Source of the DNA: Candidatus Omnitrophota bacterium
Lineage (GTDB): Bacteria > Omnitrophota > Gorgyraeia > Zapsychrales > Zapsychraceae
Length of the DNA: 64,000 nt
NCBI GenBank assembly: GCA_003528115.1
Contig: DOGZ01000012.1
Location: 2,095-66,094 of the forward strand
Direction: 5' to 3'
Below the pieces are notes generated by a model. It saw only the letters and a program-made list of their open reading frames with translations, was not told where the DNA came from and did no database searches. Made by a program: the position numbers and the translations under genes. Numbering within the stretch: position 1 is the first letter of the stretch; each line of letters starts with the position of its first letter. Shown piece by piece: positions 40,177 through 50,454 of this stretch.

Positions 40177-40448
40177 CGATCTTCTGATTCCCTTCCATGA
40201 GATTTGTCATAATTTCCAGTTTTTCCTTCAAATGAAGAATCGTAGTGCGCACGTTGGCCAATTGTCGCTGCTGATCTTCTTCCTCATTGATTTTCATGAC
40301 TTTTAACTTATCCACATCGGTTTTAAGCGCTGTTGAAAAAATAACGTCTCTTGACCTACGCAGTAGTAAAGAACGCGCATGGGGAGAAAGACAACCAAAA
40401 TGTTTTTTTACTTACGGAAAGCAGTAAGATAAGGATTCGTTTTAACAT
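40166..40448 (-). pseudogene. Small gene coupled to the giant ORF, interrupted by a B-like element
   Basis: Removing the element fuses MLKRILIL to DVIFSTALK...KIDEK* (68 aa); the stop lies just inside the start of the giant ORF; a 43-aa ORF from ATG 40297 remains. Confidence 0.55.
40349..40426. mobile_element. Degenerate B'-type element
   Basis: TTGACCTaCGCagtAGTAA...TTACGGAAaGCAGTA ends match B/B' termini. Confidence 0.55.
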
Positions 40449-40550
40449 GAACCGTCTCTCAGGATTAAAATGATCTGTGGGTGATCAAAGAAGAATTAGA
40501 AATTAACTGACTTTCGCGCGAGTAGCACAAAATTAGTCTTGAGAAAGTAA

Positions 40551-41690
40551 TCACTCTTGATATCCATCAACCGGGATATTCCCACTCAAACCAAACGTCT
40601 TCTTAAAATCTTTCGGAATTTCAATCTGTTCCTCATCATCATACTTTTCTTTTATATTAAGAATCTCCGGCAAAAGATCAAAAAAACAATCGACCAAACG
40701 AGGGTCAAAATGAAAGCCGCGACCTTTCTTAATTTCATCCAATGTTTCGACTACCGTCCAGGCATTTTTATACGGCCGCTTGTTCATCAGGGCATCAAAA
40801 ACATCACATAATCCGCAAATCCTTCCCACAAGCGGGATCTCCTCTCCCTGGAGATTATGCGGATATCCCGTCCCGTCCCATTTTTCATGATGCGTTAAAG
40901 CGATTTCCCCCGCCAAATGTAAGAATTTAGAATCGCTCCCGGAGAGTAACTCAGCCCCAATCGTCGTGTGTGTCTTCATGACTTCCCACTCTTCGGGCGA
41001 TAACTTGCCGGGCTTGAGCAAAATGCTATCAGGGATACCAATCTTCCCGATATCATGAAGAGGACTAGCGGCCAAGACCATTTCTAAATCCTCCACACTA
41101 AAACCGACGGCCTTAGCGATACACGCGGAATAATGACTCATCCGGCTCGTATGTAAACCCGTTTCCAAATCGCGAAATTCAACCGCTCGAGACAAACGTT
41201 CAATGACATCGAGCTGAGTGGCGTATAAAGCTTGTGTCCGTTCCTGCACTTTCTGCTCCAGGATTTTATTTTGGTCACGAATTTCATTATGGAGCATCCG
41301 GACCTCTATGAGATTGCTGATACGAAGAAGAACTTCAACCCTGTCGTAGGGTTTATGGAGAAAGTCCTTGGCTCCGGCTTCTAAGGCATTAAAACGGATT
41401 TCCGGGCTTTCTTCGCCGGAAATAACAAGAATGGGGAGGTACCCATCCTCTTCAATAAATTTCAATTGTTCCATTACCTTAAAGCCATCCATGTAGGGCA
41501 TGTTTAAATCCAGCACAAGGAGATCCGGGGCCATACGCTCATAAAGGGCTCTGACTTCGCGGGAATCGGAGATGGAGGTAATATGACGATACCCCCCTTT
41601 GCGGAGAATCTCTTCTAAAAGACGAATACTCATGACCTGATCATCGACAATAAGAATTTTCGCCGATGCAAATCTGCTGTCTAAGCTCAT
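40551..41690 (-). CDS. Response regulator with HD-GYP c-di-GMP phosphodiesterase domain
   Basis: REC domain (IVDD, DLNMP, KP); LHDIGKIG; HHEKWDGTGYP. Confidence 0.93.
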   Translation of the reverse strand: MSLDSRFASAKILIVDDQVMSIRLLEEILRKGGYRHITSISDSREVRALYERMAPDLLVLDLNMPYMDGFKVMEQLKFIEEDGYLPILVISGEESPEIRFNALEAGAKDFLHKPYDRVEVLLRISNLIEVRMLHNEIRDQNKILEQKVQERTQALYATQLDVIERLSRAVEFRDLETGLHTSRMSHYSACIAKAVGFSVEDLEMVLAASPLHDIGKIGIPDSILLKPGKLSPEEWEVMKTHTTIGAELLSGSDSKFLHLAGEIALTHHEKWDGTGYPHNLQGEEIPLVGRICGLCDVFDALMNKRPYKNAWTVVETLDEIKKGRGFHFDPRLVDCFFDLLPEILNIKEKYDDEEQIEIPKDFKKTFGLSGNIPVDGYQE

Positions 41691-41847
41691 AATCTATTTA
41701 TAGTTGGACATTCGAGAAAAATTAAGAGGGTTTTCTAAAATTTTGAATTTAATATAACACAACACCTATCGCCTTTCTATAAACAATTCAAATAATTTTC
41801 TAATAAAATATAGATAATTTCACCTGAAAGGAAGGATCGGCGGTTCA

Positions 41848-42510
41848 TCACGGGGCCTCAGATAAAACAAATTTTACCGGGATGCGAACCCTGGAAGAAA
41901 TTTTTCTGGCTCCAATGTGGGCCGCGGCAAATTCCCACTTTCTGACAACTCTTAACGCAAAGTCATCCAGAATTTTATGTCCAGAACTTTTTTCAACAGA
42001 AACCTCACTGGCGCGCCCATCTTTTTTTACATTGACCTGAAGATAAACCGTTCCCTCCCATCCCAACTTCCTCGCCAATTTCGGATAGACCGGGGGCGGA
42101 TTTATAATGGGCACTGGCTTAGTTACGGAGAGTGCCCCTTGAAAGGATTTACTTGAAACGGTTTTGGAAGAACTTCTTCTTGCAATGGATTGAGCAACTG
42201 AAGCTGTCTTGGTGGTGTTATTTTCCGTGTGCGCATTTTGAAGATAATGGCTGGAGACAACGCTTTTGAATACCTCTTCCCCTTGAACTTTCTGCTGAAA
42301 GTGTTTTGTATTCCCGATCTCTTGTTCCTTTCCCGGGGGATGTTCCGCTTCGACAATCTCAAATTCAATGCTATTGGGGGCTTCCCTGACGGCAAATATC
42401 GGTGCGGGTTGGCTTAAAAAGCCGATCTTAAAGATAAGCAAATGGATGAAAATCGAGAATAAGATAAACCGATAGAACCCGTTTGAACACTCCCTAAAGG
42501 AAGGAGTCAT
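41848..42510 (-). CDS. tonB: Energy transducer TonB family protein
   Basis: N-terminal TM; NPPPVYPKLARKLGWEGTV...SSGHKILD...VRIPVKF; ATGA overlap with the Fur-family gene. Confidence 0.85.
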   Translation of the reverse strand: MTPSFRECSNGFYRFILFSIFIHLLIFKIGFLSQPAPIFAVREAPNSIEFEIVEAEHPPGKEQEIGNTKHFQQKVQGEEVFKSVVSSHYLQNAHTENNTTKTASVAQSIARRSSSKTVSSKSFQGALSVTKPVPIINPPPVYPKLARKLGWEGTVYLQVNVKKDGRASEVSVEKSSGHKILDDFALRVVRKWEFAAAHIGARKISSRVRIPVKFVLSEAP

Positions 42511-42962
42511 GGTTTGGGGGACGAAGGACCGCATTTTTTACATAAACCAAAAATTTCCAGCCGATGTTTTTTAGGATGGAAGCCAGAGGCTTCAGATAAT
42601 TTGTGACTCAGTCTTTTTATGTTTTTATCAAAGACTTCAAAATGATATCCGCAATCCGTACAAATAAAATGAGCGTGGTATTCTCGTCCCATCTTTCGCT
42701 CAAACCTCTTGACGCCATCGTCAAAATCCACCTCTTCGGCCAAACCGCTGGAGACAATGAGTTTGAGAGTGCGATAAACCGTTGTAGCTCCGATTTCCGG
42801 ATGTTTCTTTCTGACGATTTGAAAAAGGTCATCAACGCTGACATGCCTAGTAGTCGATAAGAACACCGTGATAATATAATCACGCTTTTGGGAATGTTTG
42901 AGACCTTTCTTGGAAATGTGTCGATCGAATATTTCTAATTCTTTGACGGTATCGTTTGTCAT
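42507..42962 (-). CDS. Fur-family transcriptional regulator
   Basis: TTVYRTLKL, HAHFICTDCG, GLCKKC. Confidence 0.92.
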   Translation of the reverse strand: MTNDTVKELEIFDRHISKKGLKHSQKRDYIITVFLSTTRHVSVDDLFQIVRKKHPEIGATTVYRTLKLIVSSGLAEEVDFDDGVKRFERKMGREYHAHFICTDCGYHFEVFDKNIKRLSHKLSEASGFHPKKHRLEIFGLCKKCGPSSPKP

Positions 42963-43117
42963 GTCGGCTTTAACGGAATCCCGTGGAAGGTGATTTTGGT
43001 GAAATGCTAACAGCCCCTATTCCCTCTGTCAATCCTAAATTCTAGCCCATCTAGGACTTATTCTGTATTTGATACCAAACCCCATTGACATCAATCCCTC
43101 CAGAAAAACATTCTTTC

Positions 43118-44923
43118 TTAAATAAAATATTCGGGATCAAGGGCAATGGCTTTTCTTAATACATCGATAATTTTTGTGACGGCAGTCTGAGTATTCTCCT
43201 TTTGAGACAAAACCAAATCGATCTGATCTATCGGGAAACGATTTTCCCCCACATTCACGACAATAGTTTTATTGGGTTGATTAAGGGATTTAAGCATACC
43301 TAATTCATATTCATCAATATCAGAAATACTTGTGATAAAGACAAGCCCTGCGTCTGTCAAGATATGAGACATATTCCCCAATTGTTGAATATGCTGCATT
43401 TTATTCAAAGTCCGATCATTCGAACTGGCCTCCGTTAATGATAATTCATTTGAAATTCCCAGGAAATAGGTAAATTTCCCCAAACCGAAAATGGACGCCT
43501 CCAATGCCTTGGCGATCTCTTTTTTACCGGTATCCGGATCCCCTATAATGACAATAAGCGCTGATTTATGCTGATACTTCAAGGCACGCTTAAGCGGCGT
43601 GATATCACTTCTGACCCAATTAAAATCCCTGGATTTTACATATTGACTTAAAATGGATTCTTGCTCAAAGACAGGTGACAGAATAATGCCTCCGCCGGCA
43701 ATTTCATAGTTATCAACGATCACAAACCGTCCAGTTTCTGCAATATGATTAATGTCATCAAAAGCAACGGGTTTGAGCGTTTCCAGAATGCACTCCGCCA
43801 CATCATGACGATCAACCTGAGACTTATTACCGATCGAAGATAACTCGGAGGCGTCGAGCACACTAATTATATTCACTAATTCCACAGGCACCTGCTGAGT
43901 GGTAATCTTCAATTTATAATCTTTGCCCTTGATCAACGGTTCTTTGCTCATCCAAAAGATGTTGGCTTTAAATTTAGTCGTGACATGCGGCCCTTGTTCC
44001 CCTTTTTTGCACATAATCTCCCCGGGACGAATGTAAATTTGCGTCTGGAACGTAACACCCGTACTCTGACCCGCATAAGCCTCAGTTGCCTTTTCCACAT
44101 TAAAACCTTCAATCGTTTCAATACGGGAAGTCTTGTACGACGGGAAAAAAACAACCTCTTCTCCCACGCTCACAGTGCCGGATTCAATACGACCGGCCAT
44201 GATTCTTCTTTCATCACCTTCCGCGGTAAATTTATAAATATCCTGGATCGGAAATCTTAATGGCCTGGCGTAATTAGGGGCCGCTTTAGAAAAGTTATCC
44301 AAGGCCTCCATCAAAAAAGCCTCCTGATACCAAGGCATTTGAGGTGAAATCGAAATGATATTGTCCCCCTCCCGAGCGGCGATAGGGATAAAACTTTTTG
44401 GCTTGATGTTGATCTCTTCTAAAAAAGCCGAATATTCAGATTTGATATTTTCAAAAACCTCCTGGCTATAATCAACCATATCCATCTTGTTCACACAGAC
44501 CATGAAATTCTTTATCCCTAAAAAAGACATCATGTACCCATGCCGCTTGGAGTTTTCCCGTATCCCTTCTTTGGCATCTATGACAAGAACCGCCGCCTCA
44601 GCACGGGCAGCACCGCTGATCATATTTTTTAAGAATTCAATATGCCCCGGGGCATCGATAATAATATAGTCGCGTTTCTTCGATTTAAAAAAACACCGCG
44701 CTGTATCAATGGTGATCCCTTGGGACTGTTCATCTTTTAAGGCGTCCAGTAAAAAGGCGTATTCAAAAGGCTTGGCGTTTCGAAGGCAATTAGCTTTCAC
44801 AGCCTCCAGTTTCCCTTCCGGCAAGGAACCCGTGTCGGCCAACAACCGACCCACTAAAGTACTTTTTCCGTGGTCCACATGACCGACAATAACGACATTC
44901 ATCTGTTCTCTAAGTAGGCTCAT
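43118..44923 (-). CDS. cysNC: Sulfate adenylyltransferase large subunit fused to a degenerate APS kinase domain
   Basis: [24 protein letters not shown]; C-terminal GDPDTGK domain. Confidence 0.88.
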   Translation of the reverse strand: MSLLREQMNVVIVGHVDHGKSTLVGRLLADTGSLPEGKLEAVKANCLRNAKPFEYAFLLDALKDEQSQGITIDTARCFFKSKKRDYIIIDAPGHIEFLKNMISGAARAEAAVLVIDAKEGIRENSKRHGYMMSFLGIKNFMVCVNKMDMVDYSQEVFENIKSEYSAFLEEINIKPKSFIPIAAREGDNIISISPQMPWYQEAFLMEALDNFSKAAPNYARPLRFPIQDIYKFTAEGDERRIMAGRIESGTVSVGEEVVFFPSYKTSRIETIEGFNVEKATEAYAGQSTGVTFQTQIYIRPGEIMCKKGEQGPHVTTKFKANIFWMSKEPLIKGKDYKLKITTQQVPVELVNIISVLDASELSSIGNKSQVDRHDVAECILETLKPVAFDDINHIAETGRFVIVDNYEIAGGGIILSPVFEQESILSQYVKSRDFNWVRSDITPLKRALKYQHKSALIVIIGDPDTGKKEIAKALEASIFGLGKFTYFLGISNELSLTEASSNDRTLNKMQHIQQLGNMSHILTDAGLVFITSISDIDEYELGMLKSLNQPNKTIVVNVGENRFPIDQIDLVLSQKENTQTAVTKIIDVLRKAIALDPEYFI

Positions 44924-44974
44924 CTCTAACTTCCTTAAACTTTTTCAATAATGATTATTGAAGTGATGGTCTCA

Positions 44975-45868
44975 TTACATATATCCGGTTCGTCTCAAGG
45001 TCTCAAGCCCACCGCCATCTTCTTTATCCTGAGCGCGGCCCGAGCGTTCAGCGATATTGGCAAACTTGCCTGTCCTTAATTCTTCAACGATATCGTGGAC
45101 ATTTTTGGCCGTGGACTCAACGGGGAATGTGCATGGATAGCAGCCGAGCGACCGATAACGCTTGCCGTTTCCCTGATCGAAATAGAGTTTTGTGATAGGA
45201 ATATTTTCACGTTCAATGTATTCCCAAATATTCAATTCTGTCCAGTCCAAAAGCGGATGGATCCTTAGATGTGTGCCGAGGGCAAAATCCGTTTTAAATT
45301 GATTCCAGAGTTCCGGCGGCTGATCCCCGACGTCCCAATCATTATTTCTATCCCGGGGAGAAAAATATCTTTCCTTGGAACGGCTGCCTTCCTCATCCGC
45401 TCTCACACCCACAATCACGCCGGTATAAGGCTCTTTATTCTGATCAACCTCATATTCCCCTGTCCTGTGATTCAACCGGTAGCGCGGCCAATCGCCGGCG
45501 AGCGTGTGTTTCAACGCCTCGGACTTTAATAATTTGCAGCATTGCAGCCGATCAATGGCCCCCTCTGGAAAAGTCCTTTTGGCCGTAAGGGCATCTTTAT
45601 TCTGACCAAACACCATATTCAATCTCCACTCCCTCGCCAACCTGTCCCGGTACTCAATCATCTCAGGAATTTTATAACTTGTATCGATATGAACGAGAGG
45701 TAACGGGACATGACTGAAAAAAGCCTTTCTCGCCAGCCATAACAAAACGGTGCTATCCTTGCCGATAGACCAAAGCATCGCCAGACTCTTGAACTCCCGA
45801 TAAGCCTCTCGCAAAATATATATGCTCTGCGACTCCAACACATCCAATTTGGACATGACTTTGTTCAT
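44975..45868 (-). CDS. cysD: Sulfate adenylyltransferase small subunit
   Basis: [37 protein letters not shown]; AGGAGG RBS before ATG 45868. Confidence 0.93.
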   Translation of the reverse strand: MNKVMSKLDVLESQSIYILREAYREFKSLAMLWSIGKDSTVLLWLARKAFFSHVPLPLVHIDTSYKIPEMIEYRDRLAREWRLNMVFGQNKDALTAKRTFPEGAIDRLQCCKLLKSEALKHTLAGDWPRYRLNHRTGEYEVDQNKEPYTGVIVGVRADEEGSRSKERYFSPRDRNNDWDVGDQPPELWNQFKTDFALGTHLRIHPLLDWTELNIWEYIERENIPITKLYFDQGNGKRYRSLGCYPCTFPVESTAKNVHDIVEELRTGKFANIAERSGRAQDKEDGGGLETLRRTGYM

Positions 45869-45881
45869 ACGCCTACGCCTC

Positions 45882-46607
45882 CTATGGCTTGGGCCGATTG
45901 GGGTTATCGTGCAATCCACATTCCTTTTGTTCAGGAGCTTCCCACCACCATCGACCCGCCCGGATGTCCTCCCCTTTCTTAATTGCCCGTGTACAACCCG
46001 CGCAACCTATACTGACAAATCCTTTTCTGTGAAGAGGATTAACATCAACATGGTTCTCTTGAATATACCTTTGAAGATCCTCCAGCGACCAGGACGCCAA
46101 CGGATTAATTTTTATTTTTTGATTGGCAACGTCCCACTCAAACGTTTCAACCGCGCTTCGCGTGGCCGCTTGGGAACGGCGCAACCCGCATATCCACGCA
46201 TCCGCGGACTTCAAAGCCCTTTGGAGCGGTTCAACCTTTCGAATCCCGCAGCATCGTTTTCTATTGTCCACACTCTCATAAAACAAATTAATCCCGTAAC
46301 TCTGCACCATCTCTTCAACCGCTTCCGTTTCAGGATAGTAAATCTTGAATGTCATAGGATAGCGTTTCTGTGTCCTGGCTAATAACTCATAAGTCTCTTG
46401 AAACAACCGTCCGGTATCCAGCGTAAAGATTTCAATGGCAGGGGCTATCTTGGAGATCATATCCGTAATCACCTGATCCTCCTCCCCCAAACTCGTGGCA
46501 AAAACCAACCTGTCGCCAAACTCTCCATAAGCGCATTGGATGATCTCTTGAGCCGTAGAGTTTTTAGTCTTTTCCAATAATTCTTTAATCTTATTTTGAT
46601 AGGTCAT
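45882..46607 (-). CDS. cysH: APS/PAPS reductase (4Fe-4S APS-reductase type)
   Basis: [34 protein letters not shown]. Confidence 0.93.
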   Translation of the reverse strand: MTYQNKIKELLEKTKNSTAQEIIQCAYGEFGDRLVFATSLGEEDQVITDMISKIAPAIEIFTLDTGRLFQETYELLARTQKRYPMTFKIYYPETEAVEEMVQSYGINLFYESVDNRKRCCGIRKVEPLQRALKSADAWICGLRRSQAATRSAVETFEWDVANQKIKINPLASWSLEDLQRYIQENHVDVNPLHRKGFVSIGCAGCTRAIKKGEDIRAGRWWWEAPEQKECGLHDNPNRPKP

Positions 46608-46639
46608 ATCTTTGTCTCACTTTACTCGCTTCCAGAATT

Positions 46640-46692
46640 ACGTTATCATATCTCTCAAAATATTCACAAGAAAAATTTTTGACGGTGCTGTC
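46640..46692. repeat. Degenerate copy of element A in the cysH leader
   Basis: AAAATATT...TTTGACGGtGCtGT resembles AAAATATT...TTTGACGGCGCAGT. Confidence 0.4.
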
Positions 46693-47797
46693 ACCTACAG
46701 GACTTACTTATGCCGCCAGGACTCAACCCGATTCTTTCGACAGAATTTTCACTTTCCAATCTGGCCACAAGTTTGGCATTACCGGAGGGCATGGGATAAT
46801 TGCTCAATTCCTTCAAAGTCACCCATTGGTGGGTTTGATCCCCAGAAGGATAAGATTTCAGTTTGCACCTAAAGACATAAAGATGCACCCGAAAACTGGT
46901 ATAGAAATGACGCAAATTCATAATATGCTCGGCTTTTTCCAGCTCACACCCTAACTCCTCTTTAATCTCTCGTCTTATTGCCTGCAGAGCGGTTTCTCCT
47001 TCCCCTAATTTTCCGCCGGGGAATTCCCATAAATCAGCCAGAAGACCGTGCGAGGGCCGTTTTTGAATAAAATAGTGTCCATTCCTTTCTAGAATCCCTA
47101 TAGCCGCGGCGATGTCTTGAATATTTCTCTTCTTCGGAGTCGGAATGATCTCTTGAACCCCTTTCCTATACGCCGCACAGTTTTGTTTGACGGGACAAAG
47201 TAAACATAAGGGTTGACGATTCCGGCAGATTAAAGCGCCTAATTCCATTAACCCCTGATTAAAAATCCCTATATCCCTGTGAGGCATCGTTTGATGTAAG
47301 AATTCCAGAATCCGCTTGTCTTGTGTTGTATCCGCGCATCCCTTAATCGCCAAGACACGCATGATCACCCGCCGGACATTGGCATCGATAATCGGATACC
47401 GCTTGTTAAAGGCAATACTTAAAACGGCCCCGGTTGTATACGGCCCAAACCCGGGAAGTCTTCTTAAAGACTCCGCTTCTTCGGGCAATTGACCGGCATA
47501 CCCATCACAAACTATTTTCGCAGATTTGTGGATGTTCTTCGCCCGTTGATAATATCCTAACCCCTGCCAAAGTTTTAAAATCTTTTGAAGAGGCGCTTGC
47601 GACACATCCGCAATGGAAGGGAACTCCCTCACCCATCGTTCATAATAGGGGATCACTGCGTTGACCGTGGTCTGTTGCAACATAACCTCCGATATCCAGA
47701 TCTTATACGGGTCCTTCGTCTTTCTCCAGGGAAGTGACCGGGCATTTTTCTTATACCATGAAATAAGAGATTGACTGAAGGTTGATTTAATCTTCAT
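46691..47797 (-). CDS. mutY: A/G-specific adenine glycosylase with C-terminal Nudix domain
   Basis: SEVMLQQT, WQGLGYY, LPGFGPYT, CRNRQPLCLLCPVKQNC; intact Nudix box. Confidence 0.93.
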   Translation of the reverse strand: MKIKSTFSQSLISWYKKNARSLPWRKTKDPYKIWISEVMLQQTTVNAVIPYYERWVREFPSIADVSQAPLQKILKLWQGLGYYQRAKNIHKSAKIVCDGYAGQLPEEAESLRRLPGFGPYTTGAVLSIAFNKRYPIIDANVRRVIMRVLAIKGCADTTQDKRILEFLHQTMPHRDIGIFNQGLMELGALICRNRQPLCLLCPVKQNCAAYRKGVQEIIPTPKKRNIQDIAAAIGILERNGHYFIQKRPSHGLLADLWEFPGGKLGEGETALQAIRREIKEELGCELEKAEHIMNLRHFYTSFRVHLYVFRCKLKSYPSGDQTHQWVTLKELSNYPMPSGNAKLVARLESENSVERIGLSPGGISKSCR

Positions 47798-47824
47798 AGA
47801 AAAAAAGAGGGACACCAGAATAAT

Positions 47825-48199
47825 TTAGGGCACGTTAGTCAGGCCTTCGCTTATTGTCTGAAGAAAAAGCTCACCGATTTTAGGATGTTGGCCAATAGGT
47901 TGACTCAGAGTGAATTTAAGACCAGGGTAACGTTGATGAGCGGTATTAACAATACGGGGGACATCTTCATCCACATGCTTTCCGGAATTTAAGAAATTCA
48001 AAAGCACAAAAATCTCCGTAGCCCCTTTATGAACGCACGTATCAATAGCCTCAGGGATACTCGGTCTTTGCTGTTCCAAAAATCCATATTCAAAGAGAGC
48101 CACCCCGCTTTTGTTCTTCAATTGGCCGATGAGGTTTTGAACCTCCTCACTACTCTTAAAGGATCGACTGCCATGCGATATAAAAAGAACAGCCTTCAT
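47825..48199 (-). CDS. CbiX/SirB-family chelatase (single domain)
   Basis: SHGSR, FLE, FLNSGKHVDEDVP, PIGQHP. Confidence 0.85.
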   Translation of the reverse strand: MKAVLFISHGSRSFKSSEEVQNLIGQLKNKSGVALFEYGFLEQQRPSIPEAIDTCVHKGATEIFVLLNFLNSGKHVDEDVPRIVNTAHQRYPGLKFTLSQPIGQHPKIGELFLQTISEGLTNVP

Positions 48200-48256
48200 T
48201 TTTACTTTTCATCTCTGGAAAAATTATTTAACTTTCGTAAGAAAAAAGATATCACG

Positions 48257-49126
48257 TCAAATCCTGATCATTCTTAACGGATGGGGAGATAAAGAAATTT
48301 TCAATTTGGACCCAAAAGGAAATGGAAAATGATAATGGGCCCCATCAACACACAGCATTCCTTCCCGCATCAAAGAAACGACAGAAATTTTTTGATTCCC
48401 GGATAGAAGGCCACCGGTCAATTGATATTTACGACCCAACATAACATACAACTCTCTGGGCCAATATTGCATTTTCTTTAAGCCGGGATTGATGACTTTT
48501 CCGCCGGCGGATTGGATCGCCCCGGAACTGCCTAAGGCGGTTGATATCCAAAGGCCCGAGTTTCGCTGTTCTTCTTGCCTACCGCCAATCTCTAAACGGT
48601 AGCGGCTCATGGCCGCCGGGTGATGATGACAGATCAAAATATCATTGGTCACTTCAATTGATTCTTTTCGTCCGCTCATCCACACCCGTAACCGCGGCAC
48701 AAGGCTAACCTTGATCTTTCTTTGCAACAGCAACTTAAGGATTCTTTCAAAATTAGAAGGATTGGCCGAGCATAACCTGCCCATGCTGAAATTCGGGGAA
48801 GAATTGACTCCGAGAATGATCTGCTTTTGAACATTTCTGGCCGCTTCAAGAAAAGTCCCATCACCGCCAACGGCAATAATAAAATCAAATTTATTATAAT
48901 TTATATTCTCGCCCCTGGATGTCTTCTCGTATCGGACGCGATATTTCTTCAAGACATCCTCTATCAAACCCAACGTCTGATAATGTTCTTCATGCGCCTT
49001 TTTAAACCTCTCGATTTCATTCCGGATCAAATGGCGTTTGACATCTGCAAAGGCCTTTTTGCGTTCAAGAAAATAGATGGTATAAGCACTTTTTTTATAA
49101 AGAAGAAGAATGTTTTTTAACGGCAT
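48257..49126 (-). CDS. NAD(H) kinase
   Basis: GGDGT, GVNS, ND and SGLWISTALGSS motifs. Confidence 0.88.
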   Translation of the reverse strand: MPLKNILLLYKKSAYTIYFLERKKAFADVKRHLIRNEIERFKKAHEEHYQTLGLIEDVLKKYRVRYEKTSRGENINYNKFDFIIAVGGDGTFLEAARNVQKQIILGVNSSPNFSMGRLCSANPSNFERILKLLLQRKIKVSLVPRLRVWMSGRKESIEVTNDILICHHHPAAMSRYRLEIGGRQEEQRNSGLWISTALGSSGAIQSAGGKVINPGLKKMQYWPRELYVMLGRKYQLTGGLLSGNQKISVVSLMREGMLCVDGAHYHFPFPFGSKLKISLSPHPLRMIRI

Positions 49127-49155
49127 CGTGCTATCCCAAAAAGAAGGTTCTCTGT

Positions 49156-49824
49156 TTAAAGGCTTAAATAAAAACTGACTTTATCCTTGAGTTCTTTGAT
49201 TGAGGAAAAAACAGCATCGGCCTCTTGAAGATACTCTCTGGGCAGCGATGTCTCGATCGCAAAACATTTTAACCCCGCCCTTTTCGCTGATTGTATTCCG
49301 AATGGCGCGTTCTCGATGACAACACCCAGAGACGGCTTTATACCTAATTGCTTAATGGATTTTAAATAGGGTTCTGGATGCGGCTTGCCGTTACAGACAT
49401 CATTTCCCGTAATGATAACGGAAAAAGCGCTATAAAGAGACTCGGGCAATATTTGATATAACTCATGCCGGGATGTCCCTGTCACGAGGGCCAGTTCAAA
49501 TTTGCTCTTACGCAACATCTTGACGAAACTTCGGGCTCCGGCCACAAACCGTGTCTTAACGATCTTTTTAAAAAGATCCTCCTTTTCCCGTAAAATTTCA
49601 TCTGCCTTTTTCTTATTCAACACGCGCCCATATCTATGGAAAATTTGCGTTACGCTTTCAATGCCGGGCTGCCCTTCCCTTAAATAAATATCATGATATG
49701 TCACCTGAATACCCTGCCGCTGAAGAATTGTCTTCCAGGCAAAATAATGGTCCGGCATCGTGTTGGTTATCACACCGTCCATATCAAACAATATCGATGA
49801 AACCTCTAGTTCATGTTCAACCAT
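49156..49824 (-). CDS. HAD-family phosphatase
   Basis: FDMDGV, GKPHPEPY, IENAPFG. Confidence 0.9.
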   Translation of the reverse strand: MVEHELEVSSILFDMDGVITNTMPDHYFAWKTILQRQGIQVTYHDIYLREGQPGIESVTQIFHRYGRVLNKKKADEILREKEDLFKKIVKTRFVAGARSFVKMLRKSKFELALVTGTSRHELYQILPESLYSAFSVIITGNDVCNGKPHPEPYLKSIKQLGIKPSLGVVIENAPFGIQSAKRAGLKCFAIETSLPREYLQEADAVFSSIKELKDKVSFYLSL

Positions 49825-49859
49825 ACCATTCCTTTAAAATCACTTTGATTCATAATTCC

Positions 49860-49915
49860 ACCGCGGCCGTCAAACAAATCGTGACTTAAGCGAAAATATT
49901 TTTGAAGCCGTATTA
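49860..49915. repeat. Degenerate reverse copy of element A
   Basis: ACcGCGgCCGTCAAA...AAATATTTTT resembles the reverse complement of element A. Confidence 0.4.
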
Positions 49916-49965
49916 TACTTTACCTCCCGCCTCTATTCAATATTAGTTTCCAATCAATAACAATC

Positions 49966-49998
49966 AAAAAACAGGGCCTGACGATTGATCAGGCCCTT
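49966..49998 (-). terminator. Intrinsic terminator after amtB-glnK
   Basis: AGGGCCTGA/TCAGGCCCT stem followed by a U-tract on the minus strand. Confidence 0.85.
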
Positions 49999-50024
49999 GA
50001 ACAAACATAAGAAATGCCCTTCTC

Positions 50025-50372
50025 CTAAATAGCCTTACCGCCCCTTTCCCCTGTGCGAATACGAATACATTCCTCAAGATTGGTAATAAATATCTTACCA
50101 TCGCCAACTTTGCCATCGTTGTGCTTAGCCGTTTTGAGAATCGTCTCGCAAATGATATCGACAAAGGCGTCATTACACGCGATATCCACACGCACTTTGG
50201 GTATCAGATCCAAAGCGACTTCCTGCCCACGGTAAATATCCTCTTCGATGCTTTGCCCCCGTCCTGTAACCCGGCTGACCGTAATCCTCGTGATTTCCTG
50301 TTTAACAAGGGCTTCACGAACTTCATCTAATTTATCTGGTTGGATAATAGCAGTTATTAGTTTCATCGGCAT
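50025..50372 (-). CDS. glnK: P-II nitrogen regulator
   Basis: YRG T-loop, GDGKIF, IRIRTGERG; adjacent to amtB. Confidence 0.9.
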   Translation of the reverse strand: MPMKLITAIIQPDKLDEVREALVKQEITRITVSRVTGRGQSIEEDIYRGQEVALDLIPKVRVDIACNDAFVDIICETILKTAKHNDGKVGDGKIFITNLEECIRIRTGERGGKAI

Positions 50373-50454
50373 CTCCTCTTTTCAAAACCAATATAAAACT
50401 GGGTCTCTTATCACTTCTTTCGTTGGGATGAAGGATCGCAACCTCTCTGCCACA

